This document shows positions 46,829-56,067 of a DNA stretch of 64,000 bases, piece by piece. The stretch is from Anaerolineales bacterium. GTDB taxonomy: Bacteria > Chloroflexota > Anaerolineae > Anaerolineales > UBA11579. A model generated the notes under the pieces. The model saw only the letters and a program-made list of their open reading frames with translations. It ran no database searches and was not told the DNA's origin. The position numbers and the translations under genes are program-made. Each line of letters starts with the position of its first letter. The first letter of the stretch is position 1. The DNA lies in contig JBBEBI010000037.1 in assembly GCA_040882365.1 (NCBI GenBank), positions 9,419 through 73,418 of the forward strand, read 5' to 3'.

Positions 46829-47044
46829 ATGTCTAAACTCAAATTGAACGCCATTGCTACCCAGGCTTTGCTGGATAACGAATTCAAGACCGCCCTCCTG
46901 AACGGGCAGGTGCAGGACCGACTAAGCGCCTTCCAATTGAATGACGAGGAAGTGCGGGCGGTGATGTCCATCCAGGCTATGGATCTGGACCAGTTTATCC
47001 GCCACCTGAGCGGGCTCATCCAACCGTCGGCGTCTGCCGCCTGA
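46829..47044 (+). CDS. 71-aa NHLP/Nif11-leader-like small protein
   Basis: MSKLKLNAIATQALLDNEFKTALLNGQVQDRLSAFQLNDEEVRAVMSIQAMDLDQFIRHLSGLIQPSASAA. AAGGAG (46817-46822) lies 6 nt before the ATG. The xALLDxEFKxALLxG...FxLxxEExxAv pattern resembles nitrile-hydratase-leader-type (NHLP clan) small proteins as I recall them. Confidence 0.6.
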   Translation: MSKLKLNAIATQALLDNEFKTALLNGQVQDRLSAFQLNDEEVRAVMSIQAMDLDQFIRHLSGLIQPSASAA

Positions 47045-47169
47045 GGCTGCTGCGGCGGCTGACAAGCTTAGAACCACAGACCATTACGGTCTGGCATATT
47101 TGAGGGCGAGGGTAAATGTGCTTTATCCTCTCGCCGTCATAAAGGCTTGCCAGCCTGAATAGAGGTAAA

Positions 47170-50100
47170 TTGGCCCGCGGGCCAGAAAGCGACTTGAACT
47201 CGAGGATGCTAGTAGAATCGTTCAACGAAGAGCAGGCGCTGAATGGCAATGGACGCTTTGCAGGCAGGGCCGTGAAGGCAGGTAACCTGGGTGCTGAAGG
47301 CGAGCACACAGAAGAGCTGGCTGCCCTGGCTATTGCGGGCGCCAGCATCCTCTCCAGCCTGGAATTCGAAAAAGTCCTCCAAATCGTCGCCCGGCAGCTG
47401 ACTAACCTGCTGGATGTGCCGATCTGCATCCTCGCCGATTCCTCGCCGAACCCTGGAAAGATCAAGCCTTACCTAAAGTTCGTTAATCTGCAAATCACCA
47501 GGTTGCCGCGTAAATACGAAGTCACGTCTTTATCCGAAAACCTGGCGCTCACCGCAGTAGTTGAGAAAGCCAAACCCCTGCAAATGGGGCTGGACGAGCC
47601 CGGGCTCTCCACAAAACAGAAAACCGCTTTTAAGAAGGCAGGCGTCTCCACTATTCTGCTATTGCCACTGATGGCCCAAAGCAAAACGCTGGGCCTGGTG
47701 GAATTGCAGGAGACCCGAGGCGTGCGCCGCTTCACCGATCGAGAGATTTATCTGGCCCAGACTCTTTGCCATCAGGCCGCGGCCGCCATTGAGAATGCGC
47801 GGCTATTCGAGGCCACCCGCCGCCAGCTGCAGGAGTTGAGCCTTCTCCACCAGGTCTCTCTTGCCAGCACCGAAGCCACCACTGAAACTGAACTTATTGA
47901 ACGCACCACCCAACTTATCCGCGAAAACCTGTATCCCGACAACTTCGGCGTGTTGCTATTGGACCAGGATGGCTCCCATCTCAATATTCACCCTTCCTAC
48001 CAGGCAGGAAAACCGCTGAACGCGCCGACTATCCTATTGGGCCAAGGCATCACAGGGCAAGTGGCTTCGCTGGGCATGCCTTTACGCGTCGGCGACATCA
48101 GAGCGGAAGCGAATTACCTGGGTTACGATCAAGATACCCTTTCCGAATTATGTGTGCCCATGAAGATTGGAGAGCGCCTGGTAGGTGTTATTAACGCTGA
48201 GAGTCGCGAACTCAATCACTTCACTGAGAAGGATGAGCGGTTGCTCCTGACTCTAGCCGGGCAACTAGCCAGCGGGATCGAGAGGCTGCGCAACGCGGCC
48301 GCCGAACGCCGCCGCGGCAAGCAACTCAGCATCCTAAATAAACTCACGGGGGAAATGAGCGGTGTGCTGGACCGCGATCGCCTGTTCAAGGTGGTCGTGG
48401 AGCGCTTGAACAAAGAAATGAATTATGTATCCACAGACATTTCTATTGTGGATGAGGAAGCACACGAATATGTGACGGCCGCGGTGAGTGGCACCTTTGC
48501 CTCCCTGGTTCCGGCGGGCGGTTATCGGCAGCCCTTTGGGATGGGCCTGCTGGACCGCGCGGCCATCACCGCCGAGGTGGTGGTGGCGAACAATGTCCAC
48601 GACCGCCCAGAATACATTCTGGTGCCCGGGCATGAAATGATCAATTCGGAACTGATTATTCCTATAAAGATCTACAAGCGCGTGGTTGCGCTGCTCAACG
48701 TCGAAAGCAACGAATTGAACGCCTTTGACCAGCATGAGGTCGGCGCGTTAAGCACGCTGTGCGAACAGATATCGATCGCACTGGAGGGAATCAGCCTATT
48801 TGACTCCACACGAAGGCAATTGCAGGAATTGACGGTATTGCACGCCATCACGCATGCAGCCGTAAATGCCAAGAGCGAGGACGAGCTTCTGGAACGGGCC
48901 ACCGAGATCATCGGCGACAGTTTATATCCGGACCAGTTCGGGTTCCTGATGCTTGACGACAATTCCCAGGTGCTACTCGTCAACCGCAGTTACCGGGGAA
49001 TCAGCGCCGAAATGAAGCGGCGGAGAGTGCCTCTTTCTCATGGTGTTGCCGGCCGAGTTGCTGCAACCGGAACACCCTGGCGCATTCCGAATGTCCTCAT
49101 AGAGCCGAACTACCTGCACGTTAGCCCCAACATGCTTTCTGAGTTGTGCGTACCCATCCTGGGGAATGCCAACCGGGTTCTCGGGGTCATCAATGCAGAA
49201 AGCGCCCAGTTGGACGCGTTTTCGGAAAAGGATTTGCGATTACTGAACACAATTGCCGGCCAGTTGGGGACCGCAATCGAGAAATTCCGCTTGTTCGAAT
49301 CCGAGCGCGTGCAGCGCGAGCAAGCCGAGACGCTGCGCGAAGTGGCTGCCATCTTGAGCAGCGAAACGGAAAGCTCGAAAGTGCTCGACCTGATTCTGGA
49401 GCAACTGAAGCGAGTGGTACCTTTTGACAGCGCTTCCATTCAAATCATTAAGGGTGAAAATCTGAGCATACGAGCCATAGCGGGATCGATGGAAGCGAGC
49501 GCTCTCGGCTATGAAATCCCCATCAGGGACGACCGATTTGCGCATCCTTTGCTTTACGAGCACCGCACAGTAGTCTACGAAGACATTAGCGATCATCCAG
49601 ACTGGCTGCAGGCTCCGGGGGCAACAAACGTAAAGTCCTGGATTGGCGCTCCACTGATAGTAGGTGGGGAATGCGTAGGCGTACTAACGGTGGACGGCTA
49701 TAAAGCCAACCAGTTTAGCGCGGCGGACGCACAATTGGTGTCTGCCTTTGCCATCCATGCCGGTATTTCCCTTGAGAACGCGCGCCTGTTCGAGGAAGCC
49801 CAGGAAGCCTATGTGCAGACGGTCAGTGCGCTGGCCAGCGCCATCGATGTGCGCGACAGCTACACCAGCGGCCACAGCCAGCGGTTGGCGGACTTGGCCG
49901 TGATGACGGGCGAAATGATGGAATGCAGCGATGAAGAGCTGGTGGACATCCGCTGGGGTGCTCTGCTGCACGACATCGGCAAGATCGGCGTGCCCGATGA
50001 GATCCTACGGAAACCGGGCATATTGGAAGCCCACGAGGAAGAGATCATGCGCCGGCACCCGGAAATAGGCTCACACATAGTGGCCGGAGTGAAGAATCTT

Positions 50101-50379
50101 TCCGGGGTGGCGCCCATTATTCGAGCGCACCAGGAACATTACGACGGCAAGGGCTACCCGGATGGATTGCGCAAAGATGCCATTCCCAAAACCGCCCGTA
50201 TCATTGCCGTGGCCGATGCCTATGTGGCCATGACGGATGAACGCGTGTACCGTAAATCACGTAGCCACGAGGAAGCGGTGGCAGAACTCAGGCGCTGCAG
50301 CGGTTCCCAGTTCGACCCCAAGGTGGTAAAGGCCTTCCTCAAGGCCATCGAAGAAAGAATCAACCCCGCTATAAAATAA
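47170..50379 (+). CDS. Multi-GAF (about 4-5 GAF domains) HD-GYP c-di-GMP phosphodiesterase
   Basis: Repeated GAF blocks carry recurring ...SELCVP(M/I)...GVINAES..LN.F(T/S)EKD..LL.T(L/I)AGQL...IE...LFE... motifs. The C-terminal part has SGHSQRLADLA...GALLHDIGKIGVPDEIL...HQEHYDGKGYPDGL...FDPKVV. The start is uncertain (TTG 47170 or ATG 47206). Confidence 0.85.
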   Translation: MARGPESDLNSRMLVESFNEEQALNGNGRFAGRAVKAGNLGAEGEHTEELAALAIAGASILSSLEFEKVLQIVARQLTNLLDVPICILADSSPNPGKIKPYLKFVNLQITRLPRKYEVTSLSENLALTAVVEKAKPLQMGLDEPGLSTKQKTAFKKAGVSTILLLPLMAQSKTLGLVELQETRGVRRFTDREIYLAQTLCHQAAAAIENARLFEATRRQLQELSLLHQVSLASTEATTETELIERTTQLIRENLYPDNFGVLLLDQDGSHLNIHPSYQAGKPLNAPTILLGQGITGQVASLGMPLRVGDIRAEANYLGYDQDTLSELCVPMKIGERLVGVINAESRELNHFTEKDERLLLTLAGQLASGIERLRNAAAERRRGKQLSILNKLTGEMSGVLDRDRLFKVVVERLNKEMNYVSTDISIVDEEAHEYVTAAVSGTFASLVPAGGYRQPFGMGLLDRAAITAEVVVANNVHDRPEYILVPGHEMINSELIIPIKIYKRVVALLNVESNELNAFDQHEVGALSTLCEQISIALEGISLFDSTRRQLQELTVLHAITHAAVNAKSEDELLERATEIIGDSLYPDQFGFLMLDDNSQVLLVNRSYRGISAEMKRRRVPLSHGVAGRVAATGTPWRIPNVLIEPNYLHVSPNMLSELCVPILGNANRVLGVINAESAQLDAFSEKDLRLLNTIAGQLGTAIEKFRLFESERVQREQAETLREVAAILSSETESSKVLDLILEQLKRVVPFDSASIQIIKGENLSIRAIAGSMEASALGYEIPIRDDRFAHPLLYEHRTVVYEDISDHPDWLQAPGATNVKSWIGAPLIVGGECVGVLTVDGYKANQFSAADAQLVSAFAIHAGISLENARLFEEAQEAYVQTVSALASAIDVRDSYTSGHSQRLADLAVMTGEMMECSDEELVDIRWGALLHDIGKIGVPDEILRKPGILEAHEEEIMRRHPEIGSHIVAGVKNLSGVAPIIRAHQEHYDGKGYPDGLRKDAIPKTARIIAVADAYVAMTDERVYRKSRSHEEAVAELRRCSGSQFDPKVVKAFLKAIEERINPAIK

Positions 50380-51388
50380 GCATTGCATCGCCAAAGGAAT
50401 AAAAGCGGTAGCTTTCGGCGATCGCCTCCCTATAGGTTGCCAAAATCAGTTCGCGCCCTGCGAACGCGCTGACCAGCATTAGCAAGGTGGACCGCGGCAA
50501 ATGAAAATTAGTCAGCAAGGCGTCCACTGCACCGAATTTGTATCCGGGGATAATAAAGAGATCGGTGCGGCCCTCATAGGGCGCAACCTTTCCGGCGTCA
50601 CCCGCGCGGGCGGCGGTTTCCAGCACGCGCACCGAGGTGGTGCCTACGGCGATCACCCGGCCACCGGCGGCCCGGGTCTCATTCACAAGATTGGCAGCTT
50701 CCATTGAGAACTGACACCATTCCGTATGAATTCTATGCTCCCGGGGATCATCCTCATTTACGGGAGCAAAGGTATCCAGTCCTATATGTAAGGTCAGACC
50801 GGCAAAGCGCACCCCTTTGGATTGGATTTCATCCATTAGAGCGCGCCTGAAATGCAACCCGGCAGTCGGCGCGGCCGCAGAACCCGGATCATGCGCGTAG
50901 ACGGTTTGATAGCGTTCAGGATCCACCAAGGCGGTGTGGATGTAAGGCGGCAGGGGCACCGAGCCTATGCACTCCAGCTCTTTATCCATCGAGCGATCGA
51001 AAACGATGAGGCGCTGAGCCCCGCCAAGATCCTGATCGATGGTGGCAGTAGTTCCGCCTTTCAGTTGCACTTGCTTGCCGACGCCCAACCCTTTTCCCCC
51101 GACCAAGGCTTTCCAACGGCGCTCATCGAGCCGCTCCAACAGGAGCAGTTCGATCCTGCCGCCACTGGGCAACTTACGGCCAAACAAGCGCGCCGGCACA
51201 ACTCGGCTGCGATTTATAACTAGCAAATCACCGGGTTTCAAGTAATCGGGCAATTGATGAAAGGTGCCGTGAGTGCGCCGGCCAGTGCGGCGATCCAACA
51301 CCAGCAATCGGGAGGCATCCCGAGGCTCAACAGGCTCCTGGGCAATTTGGCCCGGCGGGAGTTCGTAATCGAAATCAGACGTCTTCAA
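50369..51388 (-). CDS. queA: S-adenosylmethionine:tRNA ribosyltransferase-isomerase
   Basis: MKTSDFDYELPPGQIAQEPVEPRDASRLLVL...APTAGLHF...LHIGLDTF...VGTTSVR. Confidence 0.9.
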   Translation of the reverse strand: MKTSDFDYELPPGQIAQEPVEPRDASRLLVLDRRTGRRTHGTFHQLPDYLKPGDLLVINRSRVVPARLFGRKLPSGGRIELLLLERLDERRWKALVGGKGLGVGKQVQLKGGTTATIDQDLGGAQRLIVFDRSMDKELECIGSVPLPPYIHTALVDPERYQTVYAHDPGSAAAPTAGLHFRRALMDEIQSKGVRFAGLTLHIGLDTFAPVNEDDPREHRIHTEWCQFSMEAANLVNETRAAGGRVIAVGTTSVRVLETAARAGDAGKVAPYEGRTDLFIIPGYKFGAVDALLTNFHLPRSTLLMLVSAFAGRELILATYREAIAESYRFYSFGDAMLIL

Positions 51389-51398
51389 AGCGAGAGAA

Positions 51399-51626
51399 TT
51401 AACGATCGAAGAAGCGGGCGAGCAAATTCAACCCGATGGTCAGCAGAAGCGAGAGCAAGATGCCAGTAGCAATGGGTACGAAACAGGTGAATTGCCCGAG
51501 ATCGAAGCGCAGGTCTCCGGGCAGGCGGCCTAGCGGTAGCCCCAAACGTGGCAGTAACAGCAACAGACCTCCGACCGCGAGAAGAAGGACGCCGACAACG
51601 ATTAAGCTGCGGCCGAAATCTGGCAT
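51399..51626 (-). CDS. DUF2905-family small membrane protein
   Basis: A 75-aa two-TM protein with LGRLPGDLRF...FVPIATGILLSLLLT. It sits in the usual ruvB-queA neighbourhood. Confidence 0.7.
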   Translation of the reverse strand: MPDFGRSLIVVGVLLLAVGGLLLLLPRLGLPLGRLPGDLRFDLGQFTCFVPIATGILLSLLLTIGLNLLARFFDR

Positions 51627-51628
51627 GG

Positions 51629-52657
51629 CTAGAACAGTGCCGGTGAATTGGGCTGGCCTGTAAACGGCAAGCCCAAATGAGCGCAGGCCTGAGCCGTGGT
51701 CAGCCGGCCTTGTGAGCGGCGTTCCAGGAAACCGAGCTGCATCAGGTAAGGCTCAACCACGTCCATAATCGTGTCGGGCTCTTCGCTCACGGAGGCGGCG
51801 ATAGTATTCAACCCGACGGGGCCGCCGCCGAATTTTTGAATGATGGTTCGCAGCACGCGGCGGTCGAGGTCATCCAAGCCCAGTCCATCCACTTCTAACA
51901 GATCCAGCGCCTCGCGGGCGACCCCATCAGTAATCACGCCCTGAGCGCGCACCTCGGCGTAATCGCGCACACGGCGCAGGAAGCGCAAGGCTACTCGGGG
52001 AGTGCCGCGCGACCGCAGAGCGATCATCTCCAACCCATCCCACGCCGCCTTGATGCCCAATTGGACTGCGGCACGTTCCAGGATCGCCTGGATAGCGGCC
52101 GAGTCATAGAAATCCAGGCGGAAGGTGGCGCCGAAGCGGGCGCGCAGCGGCGCGGTGAGCAAGGCCAAGCGCGTCGTGGCGCCGACCACGGTGAATCGCG
52201 GCAACTTCAGGCGGATGGCACGCGCCGAGGGGCCTTTGCCGATCACGATGTCCAGGGAATAGTCTTCCATGGCTGGATAGAGTACTTCTTCGACGGCTTT
52301 CCCCAAGCGGTGGATCTCATCCACAAACAGGACATCGCCCTGGTTCATGTTGCTCAAAATAGCCGCCAGATCGCCTTGCCTTTCAATAGCAGGGCCGGAT
52401 GTGACCTTGATGTTGACGCCCATTTCATTAGCAAGGATGTGAGCCAAAGTTGTTTTCCCAAGTCCCGGCGGGCCATAGAAGAGCACATGGTCCAACGGCT
52501 CCGAACGCTGGCGGGCGGCGGCGACGAGGATGGCCAGGTTTTCACGGACCATATCCTGTCCGATCAGCTCGGCGAGGGTGCGGGGCCGCAGCGCTGGTTC
52601 TAGTTTGTCATCGACGCGGGGAAGTGGATCGACCAGGCGGGGTTGGCTGGCATTCAT
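51629..52657 (-). CDS. ruvB: Holliday junction branch migration helicase RuvB
   Basis: [12 protein letters not shown]...[23 protein letters not shown]...LFVDEIHRL...TLVGATTR. Start taken at MNASQP (52657). The longer track ORF overlaps the upp promoter region. Confidence 0.9.
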   Translation of the reverse strand: MNASQPRLVDPLPRVDDKLEPALRPRTLAELIGQDMVRENLAILVAAARQRSEPLDHVLFYGPPGLGKTTLAHILANEMGVNIKVTSGPAIERQGDLAAILSNMNQGDVLFVDEIHRLGKAVEEVLYPAMEDYSLDIVIGKGPSARAIRLKLPRFTVVGATTRLALLTAPLRARFGATFRLDFYDSAAIQAILERAAVQLGIKAAWDGLEMIALRSRGTPRVALRFLRRVRDYAEVRAQGVITDGVAREALDLLEVDGLGLDDLDRRVLRTIIQKFGGGPVGLNTIAASVSEEPDTIMDVVEPYLMQLGFLERRSQGRLTTAQACAHLGLPFTGQPNSPALF

Positions 52658-52749
52658 CGAAAAGATTATACATGAGGGGTTTGGGCTTCTATCGCGAGGG
52701 CGAGCCGCATCTGGCTGGACTATAATCCGCCGAACTAACGGAGGTCTCG

Positions 52750-53376
52750 ATGACCAATGTGCACGTCTCCACGCATCCACTGGTCCTGCATAAGTTGACG
52801 ATATTGCGCGACAGGAACACCGAACCCCGCAAATTCCGCGAGCTGGTGAGTGAGATCAGCGCGCTGCTCACCTACGAGGCCACTGCCGACTTGGCCACAG
52901 AACCGCGAGAGGTAGAAACCCCGATGGGTAAGGCGAAAGGAATTACCACCAAGGAAAACATCGGCCTGGTGCCCATTCTGCGCGCCGGCCTAGGTATGGT
53001 GGATGGCGTATGGGATTTGATCCCGGATGCCCAGGTCTGGCACATCGGTTTATACCGTGACGAGAAGACATTGCAGCCCGTCCAGTATTACAACAAACTG
53101 CCAACCCTGCCCACAGTAGGCATATGCCTGGTGCTCGATCCCATGCTGGCCACCGGCGGATCTGCCGCGGCGACCGTGAGTATCCTAAAGGAATGGGGAG
53201 TGAAGAGAATCAAATACGTTGGCATCATTGGCGCGCCCGAGGGCATCGAACTGCTGAGCAAGACTCATCCTGATGTGCCCATCTATCTGGGGGCCATCGA
53301 CAGCCATCTCAACGACATCGGTTACATCGTGCCCGGCTTGGGGGATGCCGGCGACCGCCAGTTTGGTACCGGATAG
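52750..53376 (+). CDS. upp: Uracil phosphoribosyltransferase
   Basis: [14 protein letters not shown]....FRELV.EI...[10 protein letters not shown]...[12 protein letters not shown]...[12 protein letters not shown]. Confidence 0.9.
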   Translation: MTNVHVSTHPLVLHKLTILRDRNTEPRKFRELVSEISALLTYEATADLATEPREVETPMGKAKGITTKENIGLVPILRAGLGMVDGVWDLIPDAQVWHIGLYRDEKTLQPVQYYNKLPTLPTVGICLVLDPMLATGGSAAATVSILKEWGVKRIKYVGIIGAPEGIELLSKTHPDVPIYLGAIDSHLNDIGYIVPGLGDAGDRQFGTG

Positions 53377-53545
53377 TCCTAAGCTTACAGTTTTGTTAGT
53401 AAACAAGGTTTTCCGGGGATTTCCCCTTACACTTTGGCAATCATAAGTTAGGCTGGGTTAATATCTAGCACCCGTATGCGCATTCCGAAAAAAGAAGGCC
53501 AACCGCTCGGGCACCAGCGCAGAGCTAAAACTGCTGCGCACAGAA

Positions 53546-54895
53546 TTGGCGCGCCTGGAAGCCAAATATGCGCGACTGGTGATAGAGAAGGGTTTTCTGG
53601 AGCGAGCGGTCAAGGACCTGAATTTCCACAACAATGCCCACGACGGCATTGTGTACACCGACATCCAGGACCGCATCATTTATGCCAATCCTTATTTCCT
53701 GGGAATGATGGGGGTGAAAGAAAAAAGCGAATTGGTGAACAAGCCGTTCCCCAATTATGTGTGGAAGAACCAACGCGAAGCCGAGCGGCTATTTAGCGAT
53801 ATCAAGAAAGACGGCTTTGTGCGCGAACGCGAAATGTCCTTGAGCAACAAGGATGGACAGCCGGTATTCGCCATGTGTTCGGCAGTGGCCAATAAGGACG
53901 AAGACGGCAACATCGTGGGCACCGAGCTCATGTTCTGCAACATCACCAGCAAGCGCACCTTCCAGGCCGAATTGGTCGAACAGCACGCCTTGCTAGATGC
54001 CATGCTGCAAAGCACCCCCGACCCGATCCTGATCCTGACCTCGGCGCTGGACATTAACCGGCTGAACCCGGCGGCCAGCGCCCTGTTCGGCCTCGAGACC
54101 TACAAAGCGCGGCAGCCTTTGGCCGCCGTGTTTACCAAGGCTGGCCTGGCGCCGGAGATCGTTCAAAAAATGGAAGCGCGCTTCGTGGCGGAACAGGCCT
54201 TCGAACTGGAAATAACATTGCACGGGGAGCACTTTGAATTCCACGCAGCCCCGCTGCGGTCGACGCAGAAGGGTTGGGTGTGCAGTTTGCACAACATCAC
54301 GGTGCGCAAGCAGACCCAGGAAATGTTGCAAAGGCATGCCTTCCACGATGTGCTGACCCAGCTCCCCAACCGAGCCTACTTCCGCGATCATTTGCAGCGC
54401 GCCCGCCTGCGTAGTAAGGGCGAACCCGCCTACCGCTTCGCCACGCTGTTCATCGATATGGACAGCCTCAAGTCGATCAACGACAAGTGGGGGCATGACG
54501 CGGGAGACCAGGTGCTGATGCAATTCGCGCGCCGATTGGAGAGCAGCATCCGGCCCGGCGACCTGGCTGCGCGGCTTGGCGGGGACGAATTCGCCGTGTT
54601 CGTCGACGGCGTGGCCGACGAGGATAGAGCGCGCCAGGTGGCGACGCGCATCCGCGACGCCCTGTCGCTGCCTTTCAAGCTGCGCGGCGAAGCCGAATTG
54701 CACACCACCGCCAGCATCGGCATCGCGTTAGCAGGAGCGTTGACCGCGGATGTGGATGCGTTGTTGCGCAACGCCGACCAGGCCATGTACCGCGTCAAGC
54801 AGCGCGGCGGTAATGGATTTGAGATGTTCGGAGAAGAGCTCCTGGCCGCATCCCCCCAATTAGCCCAAATCATGAAACCGAAAAGGACGCGGTAA
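53546..54895 (+). CDS. PAS-PAS-GGDEF diguanylate cyclase
   Basis: Two PAS-like regions, then HDVLTQLPNRAYF...FIDMDSLKSINDKWGHDAGD...RPGDLAARLGGDEFAV. The GGDEF motif is intact and an RxxD I-site lies 5 residues upstream. TTG 53546 is the first conventional in-frame start, so the true 5' end is uncertain. Confidence 0.85.
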   Translation: MARLEAKYARLVIEKGFLERAVKDLNFHNNAHDGIVYTDIQDRIIYANPYFLGMMGVKEKSELVNKPFPNYVWKNQREAERLFSDIKKDGFVREREMSLSNKDGQPVFAMCSAVANKDEDGNIVGTELMFCNITSKRTFQAELVEQHALLDAMLQSTPDPILILTSALDINRLNPAASALFGLETYKARQPLAAVFTKAGLAPEIVQKMEARFVAEQAFELEITLHGEHFEFHAAPLRSTQKGWVCSLHNITVRKQTQEMLQRHAFHDVLTQLPNRAYFRDHLQRARLRSKGEPAYRFATLFIDMDSLKSINDKWGHDAGDQVLMQFARRLESSIRPGDLAARLGGDEFAVFVDGVADEDRARQVATRIRDALSLPFKLRGEAELHTTASIGIALAGALTADVDALLRNADQAMYRVKQRGGNGFEMFGEELLAASPQLAQIMKPKRTR

Positions 54896-54908
54896 ACCGT
54901 GTCCTTTT
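54881..54908. terminator. Hairpin between convergent GGDEF and SRPBCC genes
   Basis: AAAAGGACGCGG-taaa-CCGTGTCCTTTT is a 12-bp stem with one mismatch. TTATTT follows. It spans the GGDEF gene's stop codon. Confidence 0.5.
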
Positions 54909-55303
54909 TATTTGCCGAAGTAAGCTTTCATCGGCTCAAAGTAATTATCCACCCACCCTTGCCGATACTGTTCCCCGTGGGCGGGTAAATGAGTGTGCTT
55001 TAGCGTGAGCTTCGTGCCGCCACTGGCGGGTGACAACGTGATCTCGAGCCGCGAGTCTTCATCAGCTTCGCTGAACTCCACTGTGCGCCAAGCCTGCACG
55101 ATGCGCTTACCTGGCTCCAATTCCAAATTCCTGCCGCTGATGTAGCCATCCCAGGCTTCGAATTCACCGCCCACTTTGTTGTTCGCGCGGGCCTTGGCGC
55201 CCGTCATCTTTGAATGACCCTTGGAATCCAGCCAGGCCTTGTAGATTTCCTCTTGGGAAGCCGGAATAATCGCGGATACTTCAAATTCAAGGAACATAGG
55301 CAA
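54908..55303 (-). CDS. SRPBCC/AHSA1-family protein
   Basis: 131 aa. The pattern IYKAWLDSKGHSKMTG...GGEFEAWDGYISG...LEITL..ASGGTKLTLKH is typical of Aha1-like SRPBCC proteins. Confidence 0.7.
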   Translation of the reverse strand: MPMFLEFEVSAIIPASQEEIYKAWLDSKGHSKMTGAKARANNKVGGEFEAWDGYISGRNLELEPGKRIVQAWRTVEFSEADEDSRLEITLSPASGGTKLTLKHTHLPAHGEQYRQGWVDNYFEPMKAYFGK

Positions 55304-55305
55304 TC

Positions 55306-56067
55306 CTATCTGGCGGCTGCGCGCGTTATCTCGACAAACTCTTTCGCCTTCAGGCTGGCGCCGCCGACCAGCGCCCCATCTATTTCCGGCATGGCGAAGA
55401 AAGCCGCGGCGTTAGCGGCGTTCACCGAGCCGCCATACAGCACGCGCATGCCTTGGGCGATCTCTTCGCCGAACAAACCCCCCAGCGTAGGCCGCACCAC
55501 ATTGCGCAACAAGGTATCTGTGAGCTCCGGAGTAGCCGCTTTCCCAGTGCCGATGGCCCATACAGGCTCATAGGCGATCACCAGAGCAGAGGACACATTG
55601 ATCTGCACGCCATCCAGCGCAGCGCGCAATTGGCTCGAGACAACTTCGGCGGCGCGGCCGGCTTCGTTCTGCTCCAAGGTCTCACCGACGCACAGAACGG
55701 GCCGCAAGTCCGCGGCCAGTGCCGCCTGCACCTTGCGGTGTACGTCCAGGTCGCTTTCGTGGAACAGGGCGCGGCGCTCCGAGTGGCCGAGGATCACGTA
55801 CTGGCAATATTCGGCCACCATCGCGGGAGAAAGCTCGCCGGTGAACGCGCCTTCGTTCTCCCAATAAAGGTTCTGTGCACCGAGGGCGACGCCTGACTTG
55901 TCTAAGACCGCCGAAACTGCCATCAAAGAGGTGGCAGGCGGGCATAACAGCTTCTCCACACCCGGAACGGGCTGCAATCCGGGCAGCATGTCTTCCACCA
56001 ACCGCAGAGCGTCGGCGGTGGTCCTGTTCATCTTCCAGTTGCCGGCAACTAGTGGAATGCGCGCCAT
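55306..56067 (-). CDS. tpiA: Triosephosphate isomerase
   Basis: PLVAGNWKMN...ILGHSERR...CVGE...IAYEPVWAIGTG...YGGS. Confidence 0.92.
   Translation of the reverse strand: MARIPLVAGNWKMNRTTADALRLVEDMLPGLQPVPGVEKLLCPPATSLMAVSAVLDKSGVALGAQNLYWENEGAFTGELSPAMVAEYCQYVILGHSERRALFHESDLDVHRKVQAALAADLRPVLCVGETLEQNEAGRAAEVVSSQLRAALDGVQINVSSALVIAYEPVWAIGTGKAATPELTDTLLRNVVRPTLGGLFGEEIAQGMRVLYGGSVNAANAAAFFAMPEIDGALVGGASLKAKEFVEITRAAAR

Noticed and set aside
46576-47019. 147-aa minus-strand ORF with repeated AHAATAGLRKARAG, spanning both small plus-strand genes
   Set aside because: It is the antisense reading of the 42-bp tandem repeat. Copy-to-copy differences fall on synonymous third positions of the plus frame, not this one. 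It has no SD and would cover two plus-strand genes that each have a strong SD.
53476-53796. ATG-initiated 106-aa ORF overlapping the 5' end of the PAS-GGDEF gene
   Set aside because: It is in a different frame from the PAS domain and its Arg/Gly/Pro-rich translation has no motifs. It might mark a frameshifted true 5' end of the GGDEF gene, but I cannot show that from the sequence alone.
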